Source: Candidatus Daviesbacteria bacterium RIFCSPLOWO2_01_FULL_39_23
Lineage (GTDB): Bacteria; Patescibacteriota; Microgenomatia; Daviesbacterales; UBA10151
Reading direction: 5' to 3'
Length of the DNA: 64,000 bases
Assembly: GCA_001776935.1 (NCBI GenBank)
Contig: MFDN01000014.1
Span: forward strand, 65,464 to 129,463
Below, piece by piece: positions 1 through 9,209 of this stretch (its first letter is position 1; each line of letters starts with the position of its first letter). The position numbers were made by a program, and so were the translations under genes. The notes under the pieces were generated by a model. It was not told where the DNA came from and did not search any database. It was given only the letters and a program-made list of their open reading frames with translations.

Positions 1-293
1 TTGGTGGTAACAGGAGCGGGAGCAGAGGGGACCGCAGAAGCTACTACTGTAGGAATCGGGGAGGGGGTTGGCTTAGGGATTGGTGTAGGAATTGGAGATG
101 GGGATGGAGTCGGAACAGGGGAAGGGCTTGGTGTTTCGGAAGGAGTTGGAGTCGGAATTACAATGACGGCTGGGGATAAGCTTGTCTGAGAAATTACCGG
201 GGGCTTTTCCAGAAACAATACTGCGGAAGATATAACGGTTATAAAAAGTACAATAAAAATCGGGGCAAGTCCTTTTTGATTTGTTAATTTCAT
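1..293 (-). CDS. Partial CDS (N-terminal part; continues past window start): membrane-anchored protein with Pro/Thr/Ser-rich linker
   Basis: Minus-strand ATG at 293-291 gives MKLTNQKGLAPIFIVLFITVISSAVLFLEKPP... (TM/signal anchor) followed by a PTPTPSETPSPSPVPTPSPSPIPTP low-complexity linker. The plus-strand Gly/Val-rich ORF in the track (1..189) is its antisense shadow. Co-directional with and immediately upstream of gmk. Confidence 0.45.
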   Translation of the reverse strand, partial: MKLTNQKGLAPIFIVLFITVISSAVLFLEKPPVISQTSLSPAVIVIPTPTPSETPSPSPVPTPSPSPIPTPIPKPTPSPIPTVVASAVPSAPAPVTT

Positions 294-309
294 ACAGGCA
301 GTTTTGCGA

Positions 310-909
310 TTATAAAATGTGATTTTCAAGTATCTTAACTATTTTGTCAACTGTTTCTTTCAATTTACCCGGTATATTTTCTATTACAAAGTCATAATTA
401 TCTTGATACTGTTCCCAAAACAGCTTGTCTTCCTGCATTCTGTGATTTATCTCTGCTTGGCTTATTCCGCGCTTCTTTAGTCTTTCCAGTACAACCTCAT
501 CGCTTACCGTTAAGTAAATAACCACGATCCTTTTTAATAAATCATCAGCCCTGCTTTGATCAAAAGAGTCTTTAATAAATTCCCGAACCTTACCGGCGCG
601 GGACGGATCTATCCTCCAAATTAAATCATGTCCCAAATTATTCGCAATCTGACATTTTTGGGTGCCGTATAAGTTCCCTCCATATTCCACATGCTCAATA
701 AAATCGCCTTCAGTAATTTTTTGTTTAAATTTGTCTTCTGATAAAAAATCGTAGTCTATACCGTTTGTTTCAGAGTTTCTGGGAGGTCTTGAAGTTGTGG
801 TAAGGATTTTTTTTAAATTGGGAAATTTTTGCTGCAGCTTTGATGCAACCGTATCTTTTCCCGAAGTGGTTTTTCCCGTGAGAACAATTAGTGATTTAGC
901 AGATTTCAT
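310..909 (-). CDS. gmk: Guanylate kinase
   Basis: P-loop GKTTSGKDT near N-terminus; TTTSRPPR...E.NG.DY.F. guanylate-kinase signature; 199 aa typical size. Confidence 0.85.
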   Translation of the reverse strand: MKSAKSLIVLTGKTTSGKDTVASKLQQKFPNLKKILTTTSRPPRNSETNGIDYDFLSEDKFKQKITEGDFIEHVEYGGNLYGTQKCQIANNLGHDLIWRIDPSRAGKVREFIKDSFDQSRADDLLKRIVVIYLTVSDEVVLERLKKRGISQAEINHRMQEDKLFWEQYQDNYDFVIENIPGKLKETVDKIVKILENHIL

Positions 910-912
910 CTC

Positions 913-1320
913 CTAATTATTGTCTATCGTGGTTAATCTTTCAAGTGAGAAATCCTTATAAATAATCCTTCGGTGTTCTTTAGGCAAAGTTAAACCGTGT
1001 ATGATGCCGCCCAAAAGTATGCCTTTGGTTATCATAAAATCCAATATGCCTACCGAAAGAAAAAAAGAAAGTACTAAAATCACTGAAAAAGAAAACCAAT
1101 GATGCAGGTGAAACACCCTGCCAAACAGCTTAAAACGGATCACAGGAAAAACCTGCAATCTTTTAGTTTTTATATTCGGAAGTTTTTTTCTAATACGGGA
1201 TGTCGGGTGGGTGGTGACCCTAAAAGTTAAATACCCGAGCGCTGTCGCCGGGATAATAGATAAGTATTCCATAAATGAAAAGCCTGAATTCATTGTATTA
1301 GACCCAGCCATAAAAAGCAA
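913..1320 (-). CDS. Hypothetical membrane protein
   Basis: 135-aa ORF with several hydrophobic helices; no recognisable motif. Confidence 0.35.
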   Translation of the reverse strand: MLFMAGSNTMNSGFSFMEYLSIIPATALGYLTFRVTTHPTSRIRKKLPNIKTKRLQVFPVIRFKLFGRVFHLHHWFSFSVILVLSFFLSVGILDFMITKGILLGGIIHGLTLPKEHRRIIYKDFSLERLTTIDNN

Positions 1321-1377
1321 ATCTGTCCACTAATTATTTAAGATTGGTATATTCACAAAACAGCCTAGAATGATATA

Positions 1378-1593
1378 ATGGAGGCCATGGATCTAACCAC
1401 TATTTTGCTTATTATTTTGGGAGTGGAATTTTTTATAATAGCAGTTTGCACCCTCATTATTACCTACCTTTTAGTGAGGACCTTAAAAACCGTTGCCAAT
1501 TTTACAAATTCCTTAGGAAAAATGAGAGCGCTCTTGACTGTTCCCGCTTTAGTATTGGCATTACTTAGTAAAATAATTAAAAAAAGGGGGTGA
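1378..1593 (+). CDS. Small hypothetical membrane protein
   Basis: 71-aa ORF with two hydrophobic segments immediately upstream of the YtxH-like gene. Confidence 0.3.
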   Translation: MEAMDLTTILLIILGVEFFIIAVCTLIITYLLVRTLKTVANFTNSLGKMRALLTVPALVLALLSKIIKKRG

Positions 1594-1598
1594 AAATT

Positions 1599-1868
1599 AT
1601 GAGCGATGAGAAAAAAGGGACAAATCCTTTGGCAACAGGTGTGGCCGGTGCCATGATTGGCGCAGCCGCAGCTGCAGCAGCAATGTTTTTATCTGATGAA
1701 AAAAACAGAAAAAAAGCAGAAAAAGCCCTGGGAGATTTACAAAAACAAGGAGATAAAGTTTTAAAAGAAATCAGCAAAAGGGCAATGGAAATAAAAGACG
1801 CTGTCAGTAGAAAAACCCAAGATAAAAAAGAAAGCAAAAAAATTACCAAAAAGTCTAAAGGGAAATAA
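1599..1868 (+). CDS. YtxH-like (DUF948-type) small membrane/coiled-coil protein
   Basis: MSDEKK, Gly/Ala-zipper TM helix (ATGVAGAMIGAAAAAAAMFL), then Lys/Glu-rich helix. Strong RBS AAAGGGGGTG before ATG at 1599. Paralogue of the 38527 gene (shared KIMSDxKK...AxxAGAxxGA pattern). Confidence 0.5.
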   Translation: MSDEKKGTNPLATGVAGAMIGAAAAAAAMFLSDEKNRKKAEKALGDLQKQGDKVLKEISKRAMEIKDAVSRKTQDKKESKKITKKSKGK

Positions 1869-2204
1869 GCAACTTCAAAATTTGAAGGATTGATTTTTTT
1901 AGGTTTTCTGATAGAGTATTCTGCAACCCAAATATGAGTTTCAGAAGAAATAATCCAGAGCACGGATCAGGAGATCCCGGAAAGCAACCAAAAAAAGGGA
2001 AGATAGGCGTGAATTTTATAGTTCTTACAAACAGCAAAGGACGCAAGGATAAGGTGCGAATCGGGCGTGGTGACCCACCTGTCGGTACTTCAGATCGTGT
2101 CAGCGCGGAATCTCTTGATGCTATCCTTGAAATAATACATAATCCTTCAGGATTAAAACCAAGACACCGCCGCTAAGTGGAATCGTTCAGGAGTTTTCAA
2201 AACT

Positions 2205-2283
2205 GCGTCATCGCGAGATCGCCGCGGCGACCGTGGCGATCTCTTGAGATTGCTTCTCCGCCGGCTGGCGGATCGCAATGACG
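2205..2283. repeat. GC-rich palindromic (MITE-like) element, intergenic
   Basis: cgtcatcgcgagatcgcc...ggcggatcgcaatgacg imperfect inverted termini; contains ccgccggctggcgga core shared with the element at 39449-39529. Markedly GC-rich relative to flanks. Confidence 0.5.
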
Positions 2284-2521
2284 AATCCTTTGTCAAATCC
2301 TGAAGGGGTACGCCAAGTGTATTTGCTTTATTTAGGACAGTGTGGTATACTGGTTATCAGTTGATTTAGAATTTGAGCTATCAGATATTTTTTCCTCACG
2401 GATTTAACCTTCTTAAGTAGCTCCCTACTAACTTTAAAAATTAGTTTTTTTTAAATTCAATTATTTTAATTATTCTTCTTCATCCTCTTTTTTAAGATGT
2501 GATGAAGAAGAATCCATTTTT

Positions 2522-3793
2522 ATGTATAACAACAGCAGGTACAGACAGCGGACATCGATCCGCCATAACGGTTTTAGTAATGGATTTTCCAGATCTCCTC
2601 AAAGAGGCTCTTTCGCGAGGCCCGGATTTTCCGCAAACAAAAGGGGCGGAGGCCAAAGAAGAAGTCAGCTTGAAGGAGCAGACATTAATATGTTCATACG
2701 CAAAGCCGCTCAGAATGCTCCTGATGAATCCCAAACAGAATCTCACACCTTTGACAGCTTTAATCTGCACGAAAATATAAGACAAAATATTTCCGCTCTT
2801 GGCTATATAAATCCTACCCCTGTGCAGGCACAGGCAATCGGTCCTATTTTAGAAGGCCGCGATGTTATTGGCTTGGCCTCTACAGGTACAGGTAAAACCG
2901 CAGCCTTTTTAATTCCGCTTATTCAAAAAATTTATCTTAATAGGGATCAAAAAGCATTAATTATTGTCCCGACAAGAGAACTGGCTTTGCAAATTAACGA
3001 AGAATTTAAAAATTTAACCCGGAATATGAAGCTGTTTTCTGCTTTTATAATCGGCGGAACAAATATGTACAGGCAAATTCAGGATTTAAGAAGAAATCCC
3101 CACATAGTAATCGCCACACCCGGCCGCTTAAAAGACCTTATTGAAAGAAAAAATATTTATATGGAAGATTATTCAAATATTGTTTTAGACGAAGTGGATT
3201 TAATGGTGGATATAGGATTTATAAATGATATTAAATTTTTTGTTTCACGGATGCCAAAGGTGCGGCAGTCTCTTTTTTTCTCAGCCACAATTTCACCAAA
3301 AATACAGGATGTTTTACGTTATTTTGTAACAAATCCGGTAACGGTTTCTGTTAAAACGCAGGACACCTCAGAAAACGTTGAACAGGATGTTGTGAAAGTA
3401 GAAAACCCGGAGAAAAAAATAGACACTTTGCATGATTTATTGATTAAAGACGGTTTTGATAAGGTTTTAATATTTGGCAGGACAAAGCACGGGATTGAAA
3501 AACTTAATAAAGAACTCGAATTCCGGGGTTTTAAAGTTGGGTCGATTCATGGCAATAAAAGACAGAGCCAACGCATGCGGGTTTTACAAAGCTTCAAGCA
3601 AAATCAAATTCAAATCCTTCTGGCAACAGATGTGGCCTCAAGGGGTTTGGATATAGATAATGTCACCCACGTTATAAATTATGATCTTCCGCAAACTTAT
3701 GATGATTATATTCACAGAATCGGCAGGACAGGCAGAGCCGGAAAAACAGGCATTGCTTTAACATTTGTAGGAAATTCATATGTTAATAGATGA
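2522..3793 (+). CDS. DEAD-box ATP-dependent RNA helicase with Arg/Gly-rich N-terminal extension
   Basis: Q-motif region, motif I ASTGTGKTAAF, Ia PTRELA, II DEVD (DEAD variant), III SAT, V ATDVASRGLD, VI HRIGRTGRAG. Confidence 0.85.
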   Translation: MYNNSRYRQRTSIRHNGFSNGFSRSPQRGSFARPGFSANKRGGGQRRSQLEGADINMFIRKAAQNAPDESQTESHTFDSFNLHENIRQNISALGYINPTPVQAQAIGPILEGRDVIGLASTGTGKTAAFLIPLIQKIYLNRDQKALIIVPTRELALQINEEFKNLTRNMKLFSAFIIGGTNMYRQIQDLRRNPHIVIATPGRLKDLIERKNIYMEDYSNIVLDEVDLMVDIGFINDIKFFVSRMPKVRQSLFFSATISPKIQDVLRYFVTNPVTVSVKTQDTSENVEQDVVKVENPEKKIDTLHDLLIKDGFDKVLIFGRTKHGIEKLNKELEFRGFKVGSIHGNKRQSQRMRVLQSFKQNQIQILLATDVASRGLDIDNVTHVINYDLPQTYDDYIHRIGRTGRAGKTGIALTFVGNSYVNR

Positions 3794-4727
3794 GGCGGAA
3801 ATTATTATAAAAGGCGGGCACGGAGGAGCAGGACGGGTTTCTTTCCGGGGTAAAAGGGGCGGGGGACCTGACGGGGGAGACGGAGGTAGGGGCGGAGATG
3901 TTTTTGTTAAAGCTACTTCTGATATATATGCTTTGCAGCAGTTTGTTTCCAAAAAAGTTTGTGAGGCCGGGAACGGAGAAATGGGAGGGCATGAGATGAG
4001 ATCAGGGGCAAATGGGAAAGACCTTATCTTAACAATGCCTGTCGGAACTTTCATTACGCCAGTAACAAACTTGTTTATAACTGATGCTAGTGGTGAAGAA
4101 GTTGAGTTAACAAAAGAAGGTCAGGAAATCCTGCTTGCAAAAGGCGGACTTGGGGGAAGAGGAAATGAATCCTTTAAATCTCCAAGTAACACGACCCCGC
4201 GGTATGCTCAAAGAGGCCTTAAGGGACAGGAAAAGAAATTATCCCTTAAACTCAAACTGATTGCAGATTTTGGTCTTATTGGGCTTCCGAATGCCGGCAA
4301 AAGCTCGCTTTTGAATGAAATTACCAATGCTAATGCAAAAATCGGCGATTATCCGTTTACCACCCTTGAACCGAACCTGGGAGTTTTAAACGGCAGGGTT
4401 TTGGCAGATATTCCCGGTTTAATAGAAGGGGCTTCAGAAGGCAAAGGCTTGGGACATAAATTCCTAAAACACATTGAAAAAGTGAAACTTTTACTTCATT
4501 GCATATCTTCCGAGTCAGATAATCCTTTAAGCGATTACAAAATCATCAGGGAAGAGCTTAAGAAATTTAACCCGGAACTTCTAAATAAAAAAGAAATTAT
4601 CCTGCTGACAAAATCAGACCTGGAAAATTCAAAGGTGAAAAATATCGGTATGCAAAAAGTTATCCCTATTTCAATTCACGACTGGAACAGTATACAAGAC
4701 CTTATCGAAATTCTTACAGAAAATTAA
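3780..4727 (+). CDS. obg: GTPase Obg (short form without C-terminal TGS/OCT domain)
   Basis: Obg-fold Gly-rich N-domain (KGGHGGAGRVSFRGKRGGGPDGGDGGRGGDV), G1 GLPNAGKSSLLN, G3 DIPGLIEGA. Overlaps helicase stop by 14 nt. Confidence 0.85.
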   Translation: MLIDEAEIIIKGGHGGAGRVSFRGKRGGGPDGGDGGRGGDVFVKATSDIYALQQFVSKKVCEAGNGEMGGHEMRSGANGKDLILTMPVGTFITPVTNLFITDASGEEVELTKEGQEILLAKGGLGGRGNESFKSPSNTTPRYAQRGLKGQEKKLSLKLKLIADFGLIGLPNAGKSSLLNEITNANAKIGDYPFTTLEPNLGVLNGRVLADIPGLIEGASEGKGLGHKFLKHIEKVKLLLHCISSESDNPLSDYKIIREELKKFNPELLNKKEIILLTKSDLENSKVKNIGMQKVIPISIHDWNSIQDLIEILTEN

Positions 4728-4874
4728 AATCAAAACGCAGCTATAGGTAACCCGAGATATTAATGCTATAATATGATTATATTTTGATCTGGTTTTCTAA
4801 AAGATAAAGATACCGTATTTCCCACTTGTATCTTATGCTCACGCTAAACGATTTCACTGTTGAATAAAATTATT

Positions 4875-6086
4875 ATGAAAGTCCTATTTATCAGTCCAAA
4901 TTCACCATTTGAGAGTATTGGTGGAGTTGAACGCTATGTTATAAATCTCATAAATTATTTTAAGGCCAGGGGAGATATAAAAACCTTTCTTATACTTCCC
5001 ACAACCCAAAAAAGTCATACGGTTAAAGACGGAAACATGACTATTTACTATGACAGCAACCTTTGTATTCCCCGTAAAAAACGTTCGGCTTCTGACATAG
5101 CCAGTAAAGCAGAGGGATTTTCAGATTTGTTGGAAGATATTATAAAAAAGCAGGATATTGACGTAATTTGTGCAGAAAACATTCTTTTTGGCCCGCCTGC
5201 TTCTTACAGCCTTAGATTAAATATGATTGCTGCACTTTATAAGATACCGCTTATGCTGCGTCTTCATATGTATCCTGAAACCCCTCTTCAGATAGCTCTT
5301 ACCAACGAGCTTATGTGGGATCACGTAAGCTGCGTCAGTAAAAGCGTAGCCGGAGACTGCTTCCAAAAAGGAACTGATATAAACAAACTTTCAACTGATT
5401 ACTTGGGAGTGAATACTTTTGATTTCAAACCTATTAGCGATTCTAAATTTAACCTGAAAAAAGAGCTTGGGCTTGAAAGTGACGTAAAAATCGTGCTGAC
5501 TGCAGGAAGAATAATTACCGGAACTAAAAACATGCTTAGAGAAAAAGGCATGATAAACCTTATCGAAGCATTCTCCAGGATTTCTCCACGCTTTCCAAAA
5601 ATCCGTCTCCTGATTGGTGTTGCAAAAGCCTCTGCTAATTTAAAGGATGAGTTTGATAATGTTTATGAGATGCTTCTTGGCTACATCAAAATTAACAATA
5701 TTGAAGATAAAACGATTGTAAAGATGTTTGAGCTGGATCAAATGCCGAATATATATAGAGGCTCTGATGTTTTGGTTCTTCCTGCAGAAAAAAATGAAAC
5801 ACTTGGCCAAATATTCATAGAGGCAATGGCTTGCGGTACTCCGGTAATCGGCGCCAAAACCGGGGGAATGCCGGAAATCATCAGTGACGGAAATAGCGGC
5901 TATCTTGTTCAGCCTAATGATCCAATCATTCTGGCTCAAAAAATTGAAAAAATTCTTAATGATAAGAAAGAACGAAATATGTTTATAAAAAACGGACACA
6001 AAACAGTGGAGGAAAAATTTACAGCAGAAAAGCAATTTTCAGACTTTCATAAATTGCTAAAAAGCATCATGGCCGATAATGATTAA
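4875..6086 (+). CDS. Glycosyltransferase family 4 (GT-B, retaining)
   Basis: C-terminal EAMACGTPVIGAKTGGMPEII...GNSGYLV GT4 signature; N-terminal Rossmann-like half. Start chosen at ATG 4875 (MKVLFIS). Confidence 0.8.
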   Translation: MKVLFISPNSPFESIGGVERYVINLINYFKARGDIKTFLILPTTQKSHTVKDGNMTIYYDSNLCIPRKKRSASDIASKAEGFSDLLEDIIKKQDIDVICAENILFGPPASYSLRLNMIAALYKIPLMLRLHMYPETPLQIALTNELMWDHVSCVSKSVAGDCFQKGTDINKLSTDYLGVNTFDFKPISDSKFNLKKELGLESDVKIVLTAGRIITGTKNMLREKGMINLIEAFSRISPRFPKIRLLIGVAKASANLKDEFDNVYEMLLGYIKINNIEDKTIVKMFELDQMPNIYRGSDVLVLPAEKNETLGQIFIEAMACGTPVIGAKTGGMPEIISDGNSGYLVQPNDPIILAQKIEKILNDKKERNMFIKNGHKTVEEKFTAEKQFSDFHKLLKSIMADND

Positions 6087-6094
6087 TTTGTAAT

Positions 6095-7678
6095 ATGGCT
6101 GACAATAAATGGGGTAAAAGAATTATCTATCAAATCTACCCGCGGAGTTTTAAAGACAGCAACGGAGACGGAATAGGCGACTTAAACGGAATAGCTGATA
6201 AATTGGACTACTTAAAAGACTTAGGTGTTGATGCAATATGGCTTTCTCCTGTTTACCGGTCGCCAATGCGTGACTTCGGCTATGATATCTCAGATTATTA
6301 TGACATTGATCCAATATTCGGAAGCCTTTCTGACTTTGATAATTTAATAAAAAAAACACACAGCAGGGACATGAAAGTGCTTATGGATTTTGTTCCCAAT
6401 CACACTTCTTCCGAACATCCATGGTTTATAGAGTCAAGCTCTTCTAAAAATAATCCCAAAAGAGACTGGTATATCTGGAAATCTCCCAAAAAAGAGGGGA
6501 TTGTACCCAACAATTGGCTGTCTCAATTTGGCGGACCTGCCTGGGAACTGGATAAAAAAACAGGCGAATATTATTTGCATACTTTTGATGTAAGCCAGCC
6601 TGACCTGAATTGGAGAAATCCGCAGGTCGTTGAGGAAATATTAAATGTCATGCGGTATTGGATAAAAAGGGGCGTAGATGGGTTCCGGGTAGACGTTGCA
6701 TACTACCTTTTTAAGGACCCCTTTTTTCGGGACGAACCGCATAATCCTGTATTTGCTGAACATCATACGCATTATGACAGTCTATTGCATATTTACACCA
6801 TTGCGCTGCCTGAAACTCTGAATATGCTTAAAAAGCTTAATGCCATTGTAAACGAATTTGATGATAAGTTTATGATCTGCGAGATCTATACTTTTCTTCA
6901 TGAAATAATCAATCTTTACAGGATAGTAGACCATCAAAGCTTTGCTCCTTTTAATTTTTCATTTATTTCTCTTCCGTGGAATGCAACAGTTCAAAAAGAA
7001 TTTATTGATGAATTTGATGAATTGGTAGGCCATAATTATTTCCCCACATATGTTCTTGGTAATCACGATCAGCCAAGAGTGGCTACAAAACTGGGAGAAG
7101 GTTCTGCGCGGACAGCTGCGCTGCTTCAGCTTACGCTCCGGGGGATCCCGTTTATTTATTATGGAGAAGAGCTGGGAATGAAGAATGTAGAAATTCCAGA
7201 AGAGGAAGCAAAGGATCCGATGGCCGTGAATATGAAGGGTTTCAATCTCGGACGCGATCCTGAGCGTACACCCATGCAATGGGATGGATCCAGGTTCGGC
7301 GGCTTTTCAAACACAGAACCCTGGCTTCCTTTAGAGAAGGAATTTCAGGAAAGAAATGTAGCATCCGAAGTAAAAGATAAAAAATCCTTTTTGAACTTGT
7401 ATAAGTCCGTTATCAATCTTAGGAAAACCAGGAAAAGTTTGGCAGGAGGTAGGCTTATTCCTTTAGACTTCAAAAATCCTAATGTGCTGGGATTTCTTAG
7501 GCAGGAAGCGGATGAGGAAACTTTTATACTGGCTAATTTTTCAGAAGAGGAACAAGAAGTTGAATTGCCCGAAGGTAAATGGAAAACCATACTGTCTACA
7601 AAAATGGATGTAGAAAACAGAAAAGAAAATAGTCTCCTTCGTTTGCGTCCCGCTGAAGGAATAATACTTTGCAACTAA
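6095..7678 (+). CDS. GH13 alpha-glucosidase / oligo-1,6-glucosidase-like (alpha-amylase family)
   Basis: YQIYPRSFKDSNGDGIGDLNG...GVDAIWLSP, catalytic region GVDGFRVDVA, NHTS, YGEELGM; 527 aa. Confidence 0.85.
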   Translation: MADNKWGKRIIYQIYPRSFKDSNGDGIGDLNGIADKLDYLKDLGVDAIWLSPVYRSPMRDFGYDISDYYDIDPIFGSLSDFDNLIKKTHSRDMKVLMDFVPNHTSSEHPWFIESSSSKNNPKRDWYIWKSPKKEGIVPNNWLSQFGGPAWELDKKTGEYYLHTFDVSQPDLNWRNPQVVEEILNVMRYWIKRGVDGFRVDVAYYLFKDPFFRDEPHNPVFAEHHTHYDSLLHIYTIALPETLNMLKKLNAIVNEFDDKFMICEIYTFLHEIINLYRIVDHQSFAPFNFSFISLPWNATVQKEFIDEFDELVGHNYFPTYVLGNHDQPRVATKLGEGSARTAALLQLTLRGIPFIYYGEELGMKNVEIPEEEAKDPMAVNMKGFNLGRDPERTPMQWDGSRFGGFSNTEPWLPLEKEFQERNVASEVKDKKSFLNLYKSVINLRKTRKSLAGGRLIPLDFKNPNVLGFLRQEADEETFILANFSEEEQEVELPEGKWKTILSTKMDVENRKENSLLRLRPAEGIILCN

Positions 7679-7688
7679 GTTAAATACT

Positions 7689-8687
7689 TTAAATAGTCTG
7701 CAATTGTTTACTGGCTTGGATCAGTTCATCTAGAGTTTTAGTTTTCATAAGCTTTACCCTGCTATCCGATGATCTTTCAAAATTGTTTACGTAACATTTG
7801 ACAAATTTTTTCATAAGTTCAAAGTGCTTCCTGCCTTCATACGTTTTTTTAAAAAGCTCCAAATGTTTTACAAGTAAGCGTATTCTTTGTCCTGATGCTC
7901 TATTTTGAACATCAATATCCTCATTAAAAAGCCAAACATTTTCAAAAATTCCCTGTCCGATCATAACTCCATCAATCCCATACCTTTCACATTTCTCCCG
8001 GGCTTCTTTAAGGCTTTTTACATCCCCGTTTCCTATAACTAAGGCTTTGGATTTAAACTTATTTTTAATCTTCACAGCCTTGCTAACTTCTTCCCAATGA
8101 GCTGGAACCTTCGACATCTCAGGAACTATCCTAAGATGCAGAGTCAGGGCGGAAATTTGTGTCTGCAAAAGATGAGTAACCCAATTTTCAATATCAATCC
8201 TGTCAAAACCTATTCTTGTTTTAACGCTTACGGGCAGACCCTCGGCGCCGCTTATTGTGGCTTCTATAATTTCTTTTGCAAGCTTTGGGTTTTTAATTAA
8301 AGCTGAACCTGCTCCTTTTTTAATAACGTTCTTATCTGGGCATCCCATATTAATATCAATCCCGTCAAATCCCAGCTTTTTGATAAGTCCTGCTGCTTTG
8401 TAAAAATTTTCCGGGTTAGACCCCCAAATTTGCGCAACAATCGGTTGTTCTTTTTTTGTAAATTTTAAAGTTTCTAAAACTTTTTCATATCCTTTGGAAA
8501 ACAAGCCGTCAACCGGTATAAACTCCGTAAAAAATACATCCGGTTTTCCCCGCCCGCCGCGCAAGCCAGCTTGCTGGCGTTGCGGGCAGGCCACAGACAC
8601 TAAAATTTGCCGAAAAACTGTATCCGTAACCCCGTCCATCGGAGCCAGTATAAAAATGGGTTTTTTTAACTTTTCCCAAAAATGCAT
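7689..8687 (-). CDS. dus: tRNA-dihydrouridine synthase (Dus family) carrying an in-frame GC-rich insertion
   Basis: ILAPMDGVTD...FR N-terminal motif and GFDGIDINMGCP FMN/catalytic Cys motif. The peptide ACPQRQQAGLRGGRGKPD near the N-terminus is encoded by a GC-rich palindrome. Confidence 0.8.
   Translation of the reverse strand: MHFWEKLKKPIFILAPMDGVTDTVFRQILVSVACPQRQQAGLRGGRGKPDVFFTEFIPVDGLFSKGYEKVLETLKFTKKEQPIVAQIWGSNPENFYKAAGLIKKLGFDGIDINMGCPDKNVIKKGAGSALIKNPKLAKEIIEATISGAEGLPVSVKTRIGFDRIDIENWVTHLLQTQISALTLHLRIVPEMSKVPAHWEEVSKAVKIKNKFKSKALVIGNGDVKSLKEAREKCERYGIDGVMIGQGIFENVWLFNEDIDVQNRASGQRIRLLVKHLELFKKTYEGRKHFELMKKFVKCYVNNFERSSDSRVKLMKTKTLDELIQASKQLQTI
8547..8598. repeat. GC-rich palindromic element inserted in-frame in dus
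   Basis: ccccgcccgccgcgcaagccagcttgctggcgttgcgggcaggcc: near-perfect hairpin (cgcaagccagc / gctggcgttgcg) in an otherwise AT-rich gene. Confidence 0.5.
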
Positions 8688-8725
8688 AGTTGTAAATTAT
8701 ATACCAATGGATAAAATAATAATTC

Positions 8726-9022
8726 ATGGCTGCAAAATACCAAGTCCTTTTTCAACAGATGTTAAAAGAAAACGAAACCCTTTTGTCCGGCTTTAAATTG
8801 CTTCATGATAAATACGAAACTGATCCAAATACATATCAGGATCAATATAATAAAGTAGGGGAGGCGGTTATGAAGCTTATCCAAGAATATGAAAACATGC
8901 TAACCTCAAGCACTGAAAAGTCAGGGTACGGTAAATATGCCGCTAATTTGTCTGATAAATTTCGCTCTGCTGTAAAAACAATATTTCCGAAAATAGACTT
9001 TATCGGAGTGCAGAGAGTCTGA
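8726..9022 (+). CDS. Hypothetical protein
   Basis: 98-aa ORF, helical/charged composition, no motif recognised. Confidence 0.35.
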   Translation: MAAKYQVLFQQMLKENETLLSGFKLLHDKYETDPNTYQDQYNKVGEAVMKLIQEYENMLTSSTEKSGYGKYAANLSDKFRSAVKTIFPKIDFIGVQRV

Positions 9023-9209
9023 ATTAGGAGTGGGTGGGCAGATTATAATCCTGAGCAAAGTCGAAGGACTTACTTCGTACCCAACTAAAAGAGTTCAGGC
9101 ACCCTTTTACGATTCCTGACTATTCCAAAAAGTATAAATTAGCTATTAATAAATGCTAAGCAGATTAAGACTTTAATAAATCAAAAGCTTGGTCTACAAT
9201 TAGGCTAAA

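Noticed and set aside
1-189. Plus-strand Gly/Val-rich 62-aa ORF at the window start
   Set aside because: The opposite strand has a convincing ATG (293), a signal-anchor helix and a Pro/Thr-rich linker, and is co-directional with gmk. The plus-strand ORF is its antisense shadow.
1577-1963. 128-aa minus-strand ORF overlapping the YtxH-like gene
   Set aside because: It is the antisense of the poly-Ala/Gly region (AAAAAAAPIMAP); no RBS. The plus-strand gene has a strong SD site and a paralogue.
2492-2785. Two overlapping ORFs (minus 2492-2785, plus 2499-2780) at the helicase 5' end
   Set aside because: Alternative frames or antisense of the DEAD-box helicase N-terminal RG-rich region.
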